Made by a program: the position numbers and the translations under genes. Shown piece after piece: positions 32,251-50,634 of a DNA stretch of 64,000 bases; position 1 is the stretch's first letter; each line of letters begins with the position of its first letter. Below the pieces are notes generated by a model. It ran no database searches and was not told the DNA's origin. It was given only the letters and a program-made list of their open reading frames with translations. The DNA comes from Octopus bimaculoides (lineage: Eukaryota), in NCBI RefSeq assembly GCF_001194135.2, contig NC_069000.1, forward strand, positions 29,305,998-29,369,997, given 5' to 3'.

Positions 32251-32269
32251 GAGCATAGTTGCTAGAATA

Positions 32270-33090
32270 AGAATAGCCTGGGCAAAGTTCAGAGAGCTAG
32301 TATGATCTGCTGAATGTATAATGTTAGTGTGCATACACAACAGAGTGTAAGCATCCTGAGAGAAAAGTTGGACTTAAGAAACATCAAATGTAGTGTGCAA
32401 GAGAGACGACTGCATTGGTATGGTCATATGATGCATATGGATGAGGAAAGCTGTGTGAAGAAGTGTCACACCCTAACAGTGGAGGGAACCTGTGGAAGAG
32501 TTAGACCAGAAAGACAAGGGATGAGGTGGTGAAGCATGACCTTCGAACGTTGGGGCTCACAGAGGCAATGACAAGAGACAGAGACCTTTGTAGATACGCT
32601 GTGATTAAGGAGACCTGAGCAAATAAAGTGAGATTGCAGTCATGGGCGATTACAGTGTCGCATAACAAGCCCATTTAAAAGTACCTTTGAATCGTCGGGT
32701 GATATGATGTGCTTGAAAAGACCTGTTAAGTGAAATCAAAATCGTAGTCGTGGTCAGGGCTGCCTGACTGGCACCTGTGCTGGTGGCACATAATAATTCA
32801 AGTGTGGGGTGATGCCAGTGCTGCTTGACAGGCTCCCTGTGCTAGAGACACAAAAAAAGCATTGTCCGAATGTGATTGATGCCAGTGCCCCCTGACTGGC
32901 TCCCGTGATGGTGGCATGTAAAACGCACCCACTACACTCTCGGAGTGGTTGGCATTAGGAGAGGCATCTAGCTGTAGAAACCTTGCAAGAACAGATTGGA
33001 GCATGGTGCAGCTTACTGGTTTGCCAGTCCTCAGCCAAACCATCCAACCCATGCCAGCATGGAAAGTGGATGTTAAACGATGATGATGAT
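32270..33090 (+). mobile_element. RTE-clade LINE 3' end plus tail ending (GAT)n
   Basis: REKLDLRNIKCSVQERRLHWYGHMMHMDEESCVKKCHTLTVEGTCGR; tail ...catccaacccatgccagcatggaaagtggatgttaaacgatgatgatgat. Confidence 0.85.
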
Positions 33091-33305
33091 ATATGTATAT
33101 GTGTGTCTCTCTCTCTCTCTCTCTCTCTGTTTTTTTGTTTCTAGTCTTCTGTGAAAAACATGTCTAGCCATGGGGGAAATATTACTTTACTTGGAAACAA
33201 GTGAGGGTTGATGACAGGAAGGGTATCTGGCTGTAGAAAATCTACCACAACAAATTCTGTCAGACCCATGCAACAATGGAAAAGTAGATGTTAAAATGAC
33301 GATTA

Positions 33306-33446
<141 letters not shown>

Positions 33447-33466
33447 TTAGAAAAAGAAATATATAC

Positions 33467-33507
<41 letters not shown>

Positions 33508-33574
33508 GTGCAGTACACAACAGAGTATTTGTGGATATACATATAATTACACACACATATAATAACAATAATTC

Positions 33575-33800
33575 AGGCAAAAGGCCTGAAATTTTGGGGG
33601 AGGGAGTCAGCCGATTAGATTGACCTCAGTACTCAACTGGTACGTTTTTCATCGATCCCAAAAGGATGAATGGCAAAGTCAATCTCAACAAAATTTGAAC
33701 TCAGAACATGAAGACAAGACAAAATGCCACTGCGCATTCTGATGATGATATATGTATATATCTATGCATGCTAACAATTCTGCCAGCTCACCACCTATTA
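33575..33800 (-). mobile_element. Family A SINE (representative; about 25 further whole or partial copies, e.g. ~8060, 8210, 15750, 24530, 26040, 26630, 26830, 44600, 50155, 50850, 51050, 55450, 62210)
   Basis: Shared ggcacaagg...aaggatgaaaggcaaagt...gaactcagaa...ctgccagctc signature between (AAT)n runs. Confidence 0.85.
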
Positions 33801-33859
33801 TATTATTAATAATAATAATAACTATATGAAAAAAATGGTATAAAAGTGACACTAGTGGT

Positions 33860-34060
33860 TTAGATATGACTATGTTTATTTCTAGCAACAAATTTTTTTA
33901 AATGCCTCAAAATAAACTAATGTGACAATATGCTAGAAATAGTAGCTAAATAAAAATCTTACATCATATCTAACCATCTGAAAAAAATGGAAAGACATTG
34001 AATAATGTAGTCTTGGATACATTATGCTTGAAAAATAAGACAGGATTGTCATACCTTTGA
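33860..34060 (+). repeat. Dispersed repeat family D (ctagaaatagcagccaaat... core; also ~4450, ~17100 minus, ~42620, ~57070)
   Basis: Recurrent tagaaa(t/c)agcagc(c/t)aaat core followed by cattg(a/g)ataatgtagtc-like sequence. Confidence 0.55.
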
Positions 34061-35874
34061 TCGAATGTCTATTTTATTAGAACTGCACTGGGCAAATTTG
34101 TAAAGAAATCACAGTGCCTCAAACTCAATAGATTGTAATTACATCCAGTGACAAAAGATATAACCTTTACAAAATAAATAATTCATATAAAAATACATTC
34201 AGTATAGGTGTTACAAGGAAGATGACCAAGCTCAGTATGCAGAAAAGGAATAGGTAGCATCTTTGTACTGTTTGCCAAATGTAAACTGATGACAGGCAAA
34301 CTAACAGAGAGGGTTTTTTTAATATAAGACCACTGGAGTAGTTAGCAGTAAGAGCACTTGTAAAATAAATTCTTTAAAATTTTTGGAAGGCTCCCTAGAA
34401 GTTGTTGATGGCTTCTACTATTTATGCAATCTAATTAGTAGTGGAGAAGGGTGTTCTGAAAGAATATATGCTAGAATGAAAATGGGATGGAAATGTAGAA
34501 GGAGCTATTACCTTTGCCGATAACAAAGATATTGTATTTCTAAGTCAGAAGCAAACTTGATACTTGTGTCCTCCTCTTCCTCAGCATCATTAATTTAACA
34601 CACATTCTTCCATGCTTGCATGGCTCAGACAGAGTTTATTGAGGCAGATTTTCTATGGCTGGATGTACTTCCTGTTACCATTCCTTACTTGTTTCCAAGC
34701 AAGATAATATTTCCTCATGGTCAGACAATATTGGAAATGAATAATATTCAATTACAACAATTACATCAAGGAGGCCTGAGGTAAGTCTAGAAGACACTCA
34801 CCCAAGGTGCCTTGCAGTGTGACTGAACCTGAAATCATGTGGTTGAAAATCAATGTTCTAAACCACACAGCCATGCCTTATGTATGAACTGTGATATCGC
34901 ATGGAAGTAAAAAAAGGTCAACATTAAAGTCTGGATGAAAATGAGATGCAGATGCTTTGCTGGATGGATAATGTTAGTATGTGTGAACAACAGCAGAAAT
35001 AAGCTGAGAGAACAACATTAACCAAAGTACTTTCATCATATGTAATTATTGTGATTATTAAGGTGGTGAGCTGGAATGATCATTACTGCATCGGACAAAA
35101 TACTTAACAACAACAACAGTTACATCACAAGAGACTGAGTTTTTCAGTTATTCATTTGTCTTCTAAGCTTCCCTAATCAATGACCTCATTTATGTCACCA
35201 CTCTGTAAGACATCACTCTAATCCCCTACACCACTCCTTCAACTTCAATTCCTTCTTCATTTACTTGCCTCAAGCTTAAGGGACACAAGCACTTCCGCCT
35301 TTGCTCACTCTCTAAAAGGAGAGCAAGGCTCCCCAAACTTTAGACTCTGGAGTTCTTTAAATAAAATTTACATAACTTGAACTTCCTTAACTGAATTTGG
35401 AGAGCTCATATGGTATGAATGAATTGTAAGAGGTTCACTCTTGCCAGACTATGTAGAAGACATTGCAAATGAAAGGAGTGAAACCATCCCAGCTAGAATA
35501 GACTAAACTAAACAATGTGCATATACAATATAATGGTGTTAAAGTTTGCTAGAAAATCTGATTAAAAGCTATTAAAATTATTTTCTGCCATCTGTATCTT
35601 TACTATGACATAATTCAAAGACACACACACATACATACACAAACACACCCAAATAGAACAGTTTATTATTTATAAGGTTAATTATACTATAAAAAAGAAA
35701 ACAAGTATTTGCATACATGTATATATATGTGCATGTTTTTGCCAATGTCAGAATTTTTATATAAAACCTGTGATTAAAATTTTGATATTTCAGTGTGTAT
35801 GCACAGACACACACACACAAATACCTACATTGCTAATTATGCTTTATGTAAATGAAAACTTACATACTCACACA

Positions 35875-35923
<49 letters not shown>

Positions 35924-36224
35924 NNNNNNNNNNNNNNNNNNNNNNNNNNNNNNNNNNNNNNNNNNNNNNNNNNNNNNNNNNNNNNNNNNNNNNNNNNNNN
36001 NNNNNATATATATAGTAAATCCCCAAAAAAGAAGAACAGAAAAACAACGTGAGGACGTGGTACATTGTAAAGTATTGGCAGATGCTCAGGGAAGGAAAGA
36101 AAAATGATTTAGCATTTTGAGCAAAGCTCTTCTTCAGAAACAGAGGAAAGTCCAATAGAAAGGAAGACAGGAAGAAAATCACCAATGATTCACATGTGGT
36201 TACATTCTGTAAAAAAAAAAAAAA

Positions 36225-36258
<34 letters not shown>

Positions 36259-36420
36259 CACACAAACACATACACACCTATATTATTAATTAATTATATA
36301 ACTTATGTTATATATTTAATTATATTATATATTTTCACACCCACATACTCATTACCAAGTATATAAAGCTATGAAAAATAGTTCAATGATATTATTGATT
36401 TAAAAAATAAAACAAGCTTA

Positions 36421-37896
<1,476 letters not shown>

Positions 37897-38149
37897 TCAA
37901 CAGCAATTCTAAAAATACAGATTCATTCTACATTAAACTGTGTGTATACATGTGTGTATGAAAGTATAGTCAAGTGGAAAACAGCAAAAAGACAGAAAAC
38001 CAATTACACTGAGAAATTCTACCTCTTGCTTCACATAGTGGTTAGTGTTAACATGAAAAACTTGGCCTAAAACAATGCAATATAAATATGTGTCTACATC
38101 ACCATCATTTTAACATCCCCCTTTTATATATATATATATATATTATCAT

Positions 38150-38870
38150 AATCATTTAACATTCATTGTCCATGCTGGCATGGGTTGGACGGTTTGACCA
38201 GGGCTGGCAAGCTGGAAGGCTGCACCAGACTCCAGTCTCATTTGGCAGAGGTTCTGCAGCTGAGTCTACCTCTACCACAGGTTCCCTCCACAGTTAGAGA
38301 CTGGCACTTCTTTACACAACTGTCCTTGTTCATATGCATCACATGACCATACCAGCTCTGTTGTCTCTCTTGCTTGCCACATGTGATGCCTCTTATGCCC
38401 AACTTTTCTCTCAAGATGCTTACACTCTATCGAACATGCACACTGACATTGCACATCCAGTGAAGCATATTGGCTTCATTTCTTTCAAGCATATGCATGT
38501 CCTCAGCTGTCACATCCCATGTTTCACTGCCACATAGCATAGCTGTTTGCACAATCTGCCTTTCAGTCTGAGGGAGAGGCCCTTTGCTGCCAGCAGAGGT
38601 AGGAGCTCTCTGAACTTTGCCCAGCCTAATCTTATTCTCACAGCTATGCTCTTGGAGCATCCAACTCCACTACTAACTTGGTCACCTAGATAACGGAAGC
38701 TGTCTACTAACTCTAGCTTGTTCCTTTGGCAATTGATGGAGTCTATTTTCTGTACATTTTCGATGTTTATTGTACCTGTGCATCTTCCACATACAAAAGC
38801 TATTTTCCCTGTTAACCCCCCTCTGATATTGCTGCACCTTTTATGTGTCCATAGTTTTTGTTCATAGATA
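38150..38870 (-). mobile_element. RTE-clade LINE 3' fragment with its 3' tail
   Basis: LELVDSFRYLGDQVSSGVGCSKSIAVRIRLGWAKFRELLPLL; MLCGSETWDVTAEDMHMLERNE; tail ...ccgtccaacccatgccagcatgga. Confidence 0.85.
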
Positions 38871-40545
38871 TAGGAACAAAACTTAGAACTGACAGGCATT
38901 GAAGAAAACTTAGCAAAGACTAAAGCATTAGTAAGTATGAGAGAAAGCAAAACTCTACCATCAGAGAAATGACCATTTACAGTGTATAGACACAAAAAGT
39001 GTTGTTGAATTACAAGTAGGCTTACAGAAGAGGTAGACTTTACATGCTGCAGTTGCACAGAGGCAATAAGTATTAAGAGCACATGAGTAACAGATAGGTT
39101 TCCATCAGCACAATGTGTCAATACTTATTGTGATCCTTCTTCATCTGATACACAAAACAGCAGAGAAAGTTGGCTGTCAGTATTTCCAAGATTATTCAGA
39201 TATAAATTACTGTATACATTTGTATAATATGCATACACATATAGTGTGCAGCACAAATTATGGGCTAAGAAATTCTAGAAAAAAAAAATCTTTCATGTAT
39301 GATATGCACTTTTAATATCATGCCACTGTGAAAAAAATTTGTCTTTCATTTTTCAATAATTTTTTAAAGACAGTAAGTACATTGAAACAGTATTTTAAAA
39401 TTTCAGACAGTGAAAAAACATATTTTAAATATTCAATTCAATATTAAAAATGTAATCAAGAAGGACATATAAACTGTGTAGATATCATACATATATAATA
39501 TGAATTTACAGTACAAATTACTTCAAAAACAAAATCTGTGTTTTAATGCTATCAATGTCAATTTTATTTTGATTACTTGATATCAAAAATTATGAGAAAA
39601 ATTTTGCATTATTTAATTAGACATTGATTGATACAACTGCTGATATGGACATACTTATAGGTATTATTATTATTATAATGATAAAACAATGACAAGTTAC
39701 ACATCATTTAGCTTGGACGACAGATATAGCTTACTTCCAGCCATGTACATTAAATATGGTGTTGCACTTGAATATACCCCAAACATATAGATTTAAAAAT
39801 CTGGAAAAAATTGTATATGATACATAATAAATGTTATTGTATGACTTTTCTTCACTTCAAGGAGTGGATTCATAGTTTTCAACCTCTCTCAGTAGTACAA
39901 CTGTTGTATAGAGGCGATCTCCTTTGGATCACTGGATTTCTTCCAGTAGTGAACTTAACATTATAAGAGAACCATAGTTGGGGACAATAATCTAAATGAC
40001 AGAATATAAGTGTTTTTCACAGGACTGATGTGACTTCCAATTCTTTGGTTAAAAACATTGACAGAATCCAGCCTATTGCTTATTTGCATGGAGCCATGCA
40101 TAAAACAATGCAGTACTATTTGTCTTAAGAAACTAACAATGGTCTGTATTAGTAATTAGCAAGCGTAAACAATTTAGAACTGGAATAAATTGGTTTGTTA
40201 TGAGGAAAAGGAAGTGTTCAATGTTGTGGGCAGAACCCTTTGTTGGAAATGTTTCTTGAAACACCAAAGGAATAGAATTTGAATAGTGAGAGAAATAAAA
40301 ACTGAAATACAGAAGAACAAGGAAAGGAAAGAAAAGAATCTATGAAAAATAAAGGCAAAGAAATAAAATCCAGAAGTTGAAGAAAGTGATCAAAGAGGAT
40401 CTGTGTTGGCACTACTGACAGCATAGTATTTAAGTAACAGAAATGTAAACAGTGAATGATGTGAGAGGAGTAGGAAGGTAGTAAAAGCAAGGAGATAACT
40501 GACAGGAATGATGGCAAATTTGAAAAATGAAGAACATAAACTTCA

Positions 40546-41094
<549 letters not shown>

Positions 41095-41185
41095 TTATCA
41101 TAATGATTAAACTAACAAAGAAAGAACAAAAGAGAAAGACAGACGAGAGAGAGAGAGAATGACAAAGAGAGGAAAGGAGAAAAAA

Positions 41186-41219
<34 letters not shown>

Positions 41220-41227
41220 CAAAATTA

Positions 41228-41740
<513 letters not shown>

Positions 41741-42872
41741 CTATGATAGCTTCGAAGCTCAGGAGTTGGGCAGCAGAACTGTTAAGACTGTTCCCCCTGG
41801 TGGTGAGGACTGATCTGCATGAATCCTGTGCTGGTGCCAGATAAAAGCGACCATGCACTGCCATGTAAAAGCACAACCAGGTGCTTGCTTCGTGGCTGAT
41901 ATCCTATCACCAGTGACTATATTGAGTTCAATGCAAAAACACCTACCTCTCAAATGGCCTTAGTCTATCTAACCCAGTAGTTCTCAGCTGNNNNNNNNNN
42001 TTTTTTTTGGGGGGGGGGGGGTCCACACTAGCAAAATAGTAAATCGGGGAGCCACAGTAGTATTTTAAGGGTCTATGAAAAGTTTTGATTTAGATGTATA
42101 TTTTGCAAGATATGGCTAGGTTTCTTTCTCTAACATTTTACATTGTTCAACCTATACAAGTAAATGTGTGAATAACAAATTAGCAATTTTGAAAGTAGTT
42201 TCTATAAAATTAGTTTTTAAGCATTGAATGGCTATGAGAGGTCCATAGGTAAAAATGGTGGAGAAACTCTGATCAGACATCACAATGTGGAAAATACCAA
42301 CTCAAGTCAAAATATTTCAGAAGATTCTGATATTGTATTGGAGTAGGCGTGAAGGGGACTAAGCACCATGGGCAAAAGAACTGGTAAAGTTAAATAGGGA
42401 GTTGTTAGAAAGAGAACCAGAATTAGTCACACATCCAAGCAAACCACTTCGAGTTTAAGCTTTCATTGTTATCCTTCTGTTATACTTTCACTGGGTCCTC
42501 ATTGAACAGTCTTTAACTAGAACATTGCTTTTAAAACTGTACAAAGGAAGCCGATTTAACACATTTACTTGTTAAGGACATCTGACCTGTATATCCAGGT
42601 AAAACCAATATGATACTCTCTATAAGGTCTTTTGAACTGTTAGAAATAGCAGCCAAATTTCCTGGCTAATATAGTCTGGAGTCAGGCAAAGCCATGAGAA
42701 AAAGGCAATGAAGGTCATAGCTGAAATAGTTTTGATCATAGTACTGCTTAACTGAGGCTGACATGCAAATGAAACAACAACAACAACTGTATGGAAATGT
42801 GAGTCTAGAGCAAGGTGGAATGTAACTAAGTAACTGATGACTTTCTCACTAGGTACACAATGGAATAGGTTA

Positions 42873-43181
<309 letters not shown>

Positions 43182-44055
43182 TCAACTGAGGTAATGACTG
43201 TAATTACTAAGAAATAAATCCAGAGTAACTCAGAAAAACTCTACAATTAAACAATTATTGAACCATAAACAAAAGAAAATCAATATTTTGAGTATCTTTG
43301 AATGTGTGTGTGTGTGTATGTGCGTGTGTGCATGTATGTGCACATCGTCTGTGCATATGAATATATATTGTTTGTATGAGTATGCACAAAGAGGAGTGCA
43401 TGTGACTTAGAGCAGAGAGACAGCAGTAAGGTGTAGAATGAATGTAAATTAGGACAGTTGCTGCAATCTCCACTCCCTACTCTTGCCTTCTAGGCAATAC
43501 CTGGCCATGTATATTATGATCTCTGTACCTTGAGGGCATGCCCTGGCAATTGCCACCACTTATCTCTGTCTTCCTTACTCTACCATCCCATCTATGCTGT
43601 GATCCCTGTTACCTGCGAGTATACTCTGGCACTTTCATCATGGCACGTGATAAACCTCCTTCAATGTTCCCCCCTCTCTAGCAAGATACCTGCTTCTGCC
43701 TCTCTGTCACACTCTAATCTTTCATCATCCCACACAAGGTCCCCTCCTCACAAAATTCCTTGTCTTGCAAATTACTTGGTGACCCTGTAAAATGCATCCA
43801 GTCCCCACGGTAAAGTGGTTGGCATTTGGAAGGGCATCCAGCTGTAAAAACCCTGCTAAAATAGACACAGTAGCCTGAGGTATTCTACATAGTCTGCTCC
43901 TGTCAAACTGTCCAACCCATGCCTGCATGTAAGGCGGATGTTAAATGATGATGATGATGCTGATGGTGACAGGCAGAATGAAATAGAGTGTATATTAATT
44001 CGGAGAGTAACAGGCAGTATGAGGTGGGGTCTATGTATTATGTTAATCAGAGCTA

Positions 44056-44349
<294 letters not shown>

Positions 44350-45569
44350 TCAATCAATAGTACTTGTTACCTGCTTACTGTATCATAATGTAAATAGCTG
44401 AAAATTCCACAGATGCTTTCATTCTTCATGTAATTCTCATATAGAATCAATGTGATACTGTGCCTGATAAGATTGGGTCATACTCAAGGTTTTGCTTACC
44501 AGATAAAACATTTCCTGTCCAGTCTCTCTCTCTGTCTCACACACACAAACTCTCTCTCTCTCTTTTCTCTCTTCTGCATGTGTGTATGTGTTAAGTTGAT
44601 TACATTAATCCCAGTAACTGACTGGTATTTTATTTAATTGACCCCAAAAGGGTGAAAGGCAAAGTTAAACTCAGTAGGATTTGTACTCAGACTGTAAAGA
44701 GCCAGATGAAACACCACTAGATTTTTGGTTTAGCACTATAACGTTTCTGTTAAGTGCACAATAAGACCACTGTGAGTGGTCTTACAGTGGTAAAGGCAGC
44801 TTGTCTAGGAATGGGTAATTTTGAATAAAAATCTGATGGATGAAGCCAATTTAATAATTTGAATTGCAACCATTTGTAATACCAAATTATCTTAATATTT
44901 ACTTCCTTTTTTTTTGGTGATTTTGCAAGTGATTGAGTAAGAAAATCTAATGATATATCTTTCTTCTGCTTTAGATAACTAAGATTTTATCCATGTACAA
45001 GTGTTGCATATTGTTCTCATCATCATCATCATCATTTGAAGTCTCTTTTTATATGCTGTCACCATAGATTTCACTTTGCAACTTATTAACAAGACAACTT
45101 GTTAACAAGTCATATACATTATCAGATCTTGAAAACATGCCTCAGTAGGCAAGTTTTGCATGCGTCAACTTTGGTTGTCCATTCATACTCATGGCATAAT
45201 TTGCTGGTACATGGGCTTCGTACAATCAATGAACATCACAACATTGTTTGCTTTCAATGGTCAATGGTGTAAAGTGTTGGGGTGGTGGATTGTATTATTA
45301 GCATTCATACAACATACTACATGCTTGCTACCACCTGCTTCTTTCTCTTGGTCATGTTTCCTCTAACAGAATTCTTTACTGACTGTTTGAGGCAGCTCTA
45401 ACAATTTTGAGTCAAATTCTATCACATGCATGCACAGAACTACATGTATTTATTTATATATAAACTAAAAGATCCTGCAATTTGAGATAGGTTTAGAGAA
45501 ATTCAAATCAATGCATATGACTGCAGGGAGAAAGATTTAGATACTGGTAGCATAGATGACAACTGGGAA

Positions 45570-46860
45570 TTTCAATGAGATAACTTGCTTAGAGCTACAG
45601 ATGAGACATGCAGCTGGAGTAAAGTTCCAAGCAAACCGAAATTAACATGGAGGTGGAATGACATAGTTAAAAAGGGTGGTAAAGACTAAGAGACAGGCTT
45701 CAAAAGCCTGGAAGAAAGATGGTTGTAGGAAGCATTATCAAATAGCTAGAAGAGCAGCTAGGTGATGGGTATATTTGGCTAAGGATGAGGAACAAAGGGA
45801 GAGATTAGCACATGTCCTACAACAAAGGATCAGAAGCATGAAGTGTTCAAAATCATGACACTGTATGTGAGATTGTACTGGCAAGAAGTGTATTTGGAAT
45901 GATATGTGTTATGATACATAAAACAAAAAAGTGGTGTGGAATTGCTATTATGAAAGGCTGCTGAAAGTGGAGTATGCGTGGGATAAAGAGGGACTACTTC
46001 ATGCTGGCTCCAACAGACAGACCAGCAATTCAAGTTGACAATAACTTGGTAGATGAAGTGATTAAAGACATGAAGAGAAGGTAAGCTGCGTGTTTATCAA
46101 AGATAGTCGTAGAGATGCTCAAAATATCTGGTGAGGTAGGATATGCAATCACCACTTGAATAGTTAATCAAGTTATATAGGAAGGTGTCATATCATATGA
46201 CTAGAGTATCAGCATTGTAAACTGCTACAAAAGCAAAGGAGATACCTTAGTGAGAGGAAATTATAGAGGATCTACTGGATCAAGTTATGAAGGTTATGGA
46301 GAGAGTCATAGCACAACTGATCCATGACAGACCAAAATGAGATGCAGCTTGGTTTTGTGCCCAGAAGAAGCACTACACAAGCAATTTTCCTAGTAAAGCA
46401 ACAGCAGGATAAATACTTGGCTAAGAATAAAATGTTATTTCTGAATTTTGTTGACTTGAAGATGGTGTTTGAGAAGTACCTCATTCAGTAATTTGGTGGT
46501 CACAAAGGAAACTAAATGTAGATGAATGGCTTGTGAGGAATGTACAAGTCATGTACAAAGATAAAGTAAGTATTGTGAGAGTCAACAATGTTTTCTAAGA
46601 CAAATTTAACCTGAAGGTAGTAGTTCCCCAAAGTTTAGTTCTCAATCCTCTCCAATTCATCATAATTCCTACAGGCCATCATAGAATTTAAAATTGGATG
46701 TTAATGGGAACGCCTAGCTAAATCAATAGGGGAATTAGAGAGTAAATTTCAGGCATGGAAAGCTAACAAAGAATCGAGGTGCCTCAAGGTAAACTGAGCA
46801 AGGACAGGAGCCTGGTATCTTCAGGAAAATGGCCTTGCTTGATATGTAGTAAAGAAGCTA
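45570..46860 (+). mobile_element. Decayed RTE-clade LINE, RT domain region
   Basis: Broken translation with YRG-KL-DQVMKVMERVIAQLI, EMQLGFVPRRSTTQAIFLVKQ, FVDLKMVFEK, VDEWLVRNVQVMYKD. Confidence 0.75.
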
Positions 46861-47665
46861 CTCTTCATTTCCTTAACTACAGTTTTTCTTTGATACCACT
46901 ATTCCTCACTACATGGAACCATTTCACTTGATACCCATTCCACATCCTTAAACTGTCCACTCCACCCACATTTTACACTGCCTCTCTCCTCTAACCACTG
47001 AATCAACTCACCTCCTTCATCACCATGTCTCTTACTCTCTTCATGTACTATGCATGCTTCTCTCTCCTACCACACACTTGTAACCTACCCCTCAACCCTA
47101 TCCACTCTCCACAGTTATCAGCTACTTTTCCCTACCTCTCTCACTTATCATCCCTCAACACTTCTTTTTCATTCATTATATTCATCTCCACACTCACTTT
47201 CCCATGCATTTTTGCAGCCTCTACCAGCCAACACTCCTGGTTCTTCTGTCCCCATTCCCGTTTATTCACCTTGTACTTATGTATATAAATGTGTTTGTGT
47301 GTGTGTGTTTTTAATATTTCACTTAGGCACCATGATACTAATAACCTGGTGTAGAACTTAATATACATGTCCCAAATGCTTCATAAGATAATCTGTTATT
47401 CCTTTGTCCCCCCTTTTCTTATACACACAAACACACATCTGTATGTACATAAAGCATAAACAGAAAAAATGCAAGGACCATTACTAATATCAAGTTCCAG
47501 TTGGTATGAAATGGCACCCATATTTAGGACAAAGTCATTCAACCAAAACATAAGGCATCAAAACAATTGCTACTCTTGTTGCTCAGGTAATGTGATTTAA
47601 CAGTAACTAAAGAGGAATGAAAAACTAAGGTGACAAGCTATATTGTTCTAGAAGCCTGTTACTCA

Positions 47666-48067
<402 letters not shown>

Positions 48068-48214
48068 CTACCTTATAAAATTTAGGGTTTTACGTTTCAA
48101 TATTCGTATACTTTATATATTTATTATATAACAATAACAATCTAAGCGTTTTGTCTGGCATGTTAACGATTCTGCCAGCTCACCATCCTAATAATATTAA
48201 CAGGTACCCTCGTA

Positions 48215-50140
48215 GGGAAAATATATACATTCCTTGCAGAAAACAATCTTCTGCCAGTAGAACAAAAGGGATGCTGAAAAGGATCCAAGGGCACCAAAAA
48301 AACATGCATGGCATGGTTAGACTTCAAAAAGGCTTACGATATGTTGCCACATTCATGGATTTTGGAAACACTCAACATGTGTGCATCGATTAAGAACAGC
48401 ATGCCTAGTTGGAAAATGTCTTTCCTGTAACAACCAGCACTTAGCCAAGGTAACCATCAAAAGAGGTATCTTCCAAGGAGACTCTTGTTCACCTCTGTTA
48501 TTTGTTATAGCCTTGATCCCACTTTCTGTAGTCCTACATAAAATCAATGTGCACTATGAGCTGAGAAAGAACAGACCTCGTCTCAACTACCTTCTCTTCA
48601 AGGATGATTTAAAACTGTTCGCAAAAACAGAGCCTGAAATGGAGAGGCTGATTGAGACTGTGCAAATGTGCAGCAAGGATATAGGGATGGAATTCGGTAT
48701 CTCAAAGTGTGCAGTACTTAGTTTGAAGCAGGGGAAAAGAGTAAATTGTAGGGGCACAGAATTGCCAAACAGAGAGAATGGAAGACCTGGATGATAATGG
48801 GTACAAGTAGCTTGGGATCCAGGAGCTGGACAATATCTTGCACAGAAAAATAAAAGACAAGGTCATCACTGTATATTTCAAGTGCCTCAAACTTCTCTTG
48901 AAATCAAAGCTCAACTCAAGGAACCTTGTGACTGCCATCAACATATGGGCTGTTGCTGTAGTCCGCTATAGTGTGCCCATCCTGAGATGGACACAAGCGG
49001 AGATTGACCAACTCGATCACACTACCCGAAAGACAATGACAATGCAAGATGCTCTCCACTCTAAGGCAAATGTACACAGGCTCTACATGAAGAGAGGTGA
49101 GGGTGGATGTAGGCTGATTAGCATTTGGGAGTGCATTAACAGTGAAAGAAGAAACATGGCAGAATATTTGGTAAACAGCAAAGGAGACTTGCTACAGTAT
49201 GCTGCTGGTGCAGAAGGAGTTAACAAAAATGGACTTGAGAGTGCTCGTGAATTCCGAACAAGAACAGCCGCTGAAAGAGAAGAAACCTTACTCTGTATGG
49301 AATCACATGGTTAGTTCTACCGTGAAACCAAAAAATTAAAAGACCAGAGAGCATCATGGAGTGGTTCCAGAAGGGTGACCTAAAAAAGAATATTGAAAGC
49401 CTAATCATCGTGGCCCAGGACCAGGTATTGAATACCAACTCAGTGAAAAAGAATATATACCACACAAGTGCATCAGACCTCTGCAGAACGTGTGGGGAGA
49501 GGGTCGAAAGTGTGGCTCACATTGTTAGTGCTTGTGAAAGTCTTGCACAGAAAGAGTAGAAGCGTAGACATGACAAAGTAGCCCAAAATCTCCACTGGCT
49601 ACTATGCCATAAGTATGGATATGAAGTTACGGGTGCTAGGTACCAACATACACAGGAAAAGGTAATGGAAGAAATCAAAGTCCCAGACAGACGAAGTGTT
49701 AGAGCACCGAAGGTTGGATATAGTAACCTTTAGGAGGGACAAACAAGAGTGCCTAATAATCGACGTAACAGTGTCAGGAGATCAACATATCATCATGAAA
49801 GAAAGATAAAAAGATAAAAATGGAAACCTGATAATTGAGGTCGCTAAGATGTGGCAGCTATGAGAGTCGAACATAAAAGTTATTACTATTGTCATTGGAG
49901 CATTGGGTTCAATACCACCCAATCTGAAAAAACATCTGAAAACCTTAGAGATACCTACAATCTAGATGTATTGCAAAAGTTGGCATTACTTGGAACTGCA
50001 CGTATATTGTGCAAAGTACTGTCTGTCTGAGGTCCTTGTTGTGACTAGACAAACAGTACAAACCCCCAGTAGATACAATATCTTCAATCAACAACCTCAC
50101 GATATTGTATATTGTGCGACGTCTAGAATAATAATAATAA
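48215..50140 (+). mobile_element. Decayed non-LTR retrotransposon, RLE type (R4/Dong/NeSL-like): RT, CCHC knuckle and restriction-like endonuclease
   Basis: RT motifs RGIFQGDSCSPLLF and LLFKDDLKLF; C-x2-C-x8-H-x4-C (CRTCGERVESVAHIVSAC); R-HDKVA; CLIIDVT and VIGALG endonuclease-type motifs. Stops and frameshifts present; ends in (AAT)n. Confidence 0.88.
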
Positions 50141-50634
50141 TCCTTTCGACTAAAAGCACAAGGCCTGAAATTTTGTGGGAGGAGACTAGTTGATTACATC
50201 AACCCCAGTGTTTCATTGGTACTTAATTTATCAACCCTGAAAGGATTTAAGGCAAAGTCAACTTCAGCGGAATTTGAACTTTGAATATAAAAGACATGCT
50301 GCTAGGTATTTTATGTGGTGTACTAACAATTCTATTAGCTCACCACCTTGGTATTATATATAATAATAATAACAAGAGCAATCAGAGAGTGCAAACCTCC
50401 ACCAAAGCAACACCAATGTCCTCTCAAACAGTAGCCAGAGATGATTTTAAAATGAGAATATCTGAAATAAACCTGACTGCTCTCAAAAATTAAGTAAAAA
50501 AACCAGAAAAATAATCCAGAATCCTTGTCCAGTACCTGATCGATCCCAATGGTAGTCATGGAATGTGAAGGTCGGTGTGCAGGCTGTGTTAGTAATGCTG
50601 TATGTGTGTTGTCTGCAGTGGGAACAGGGACAGT

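Noticed and set aside
34512-34539. Possible 28-nt micro-exon (ttag|...GCAAAG|gtaata) between exons I and J
   Set aside because: It would break the phase match that already exists between exons I and J, and the polypyrimidine tract is weak.
44762-44784. Small hairpin TAAGACCAC-tgtga-GTGGTCTTA
   Set aside because: A 9-bp stem is plausible by chance in a window this size, with no supporting context.
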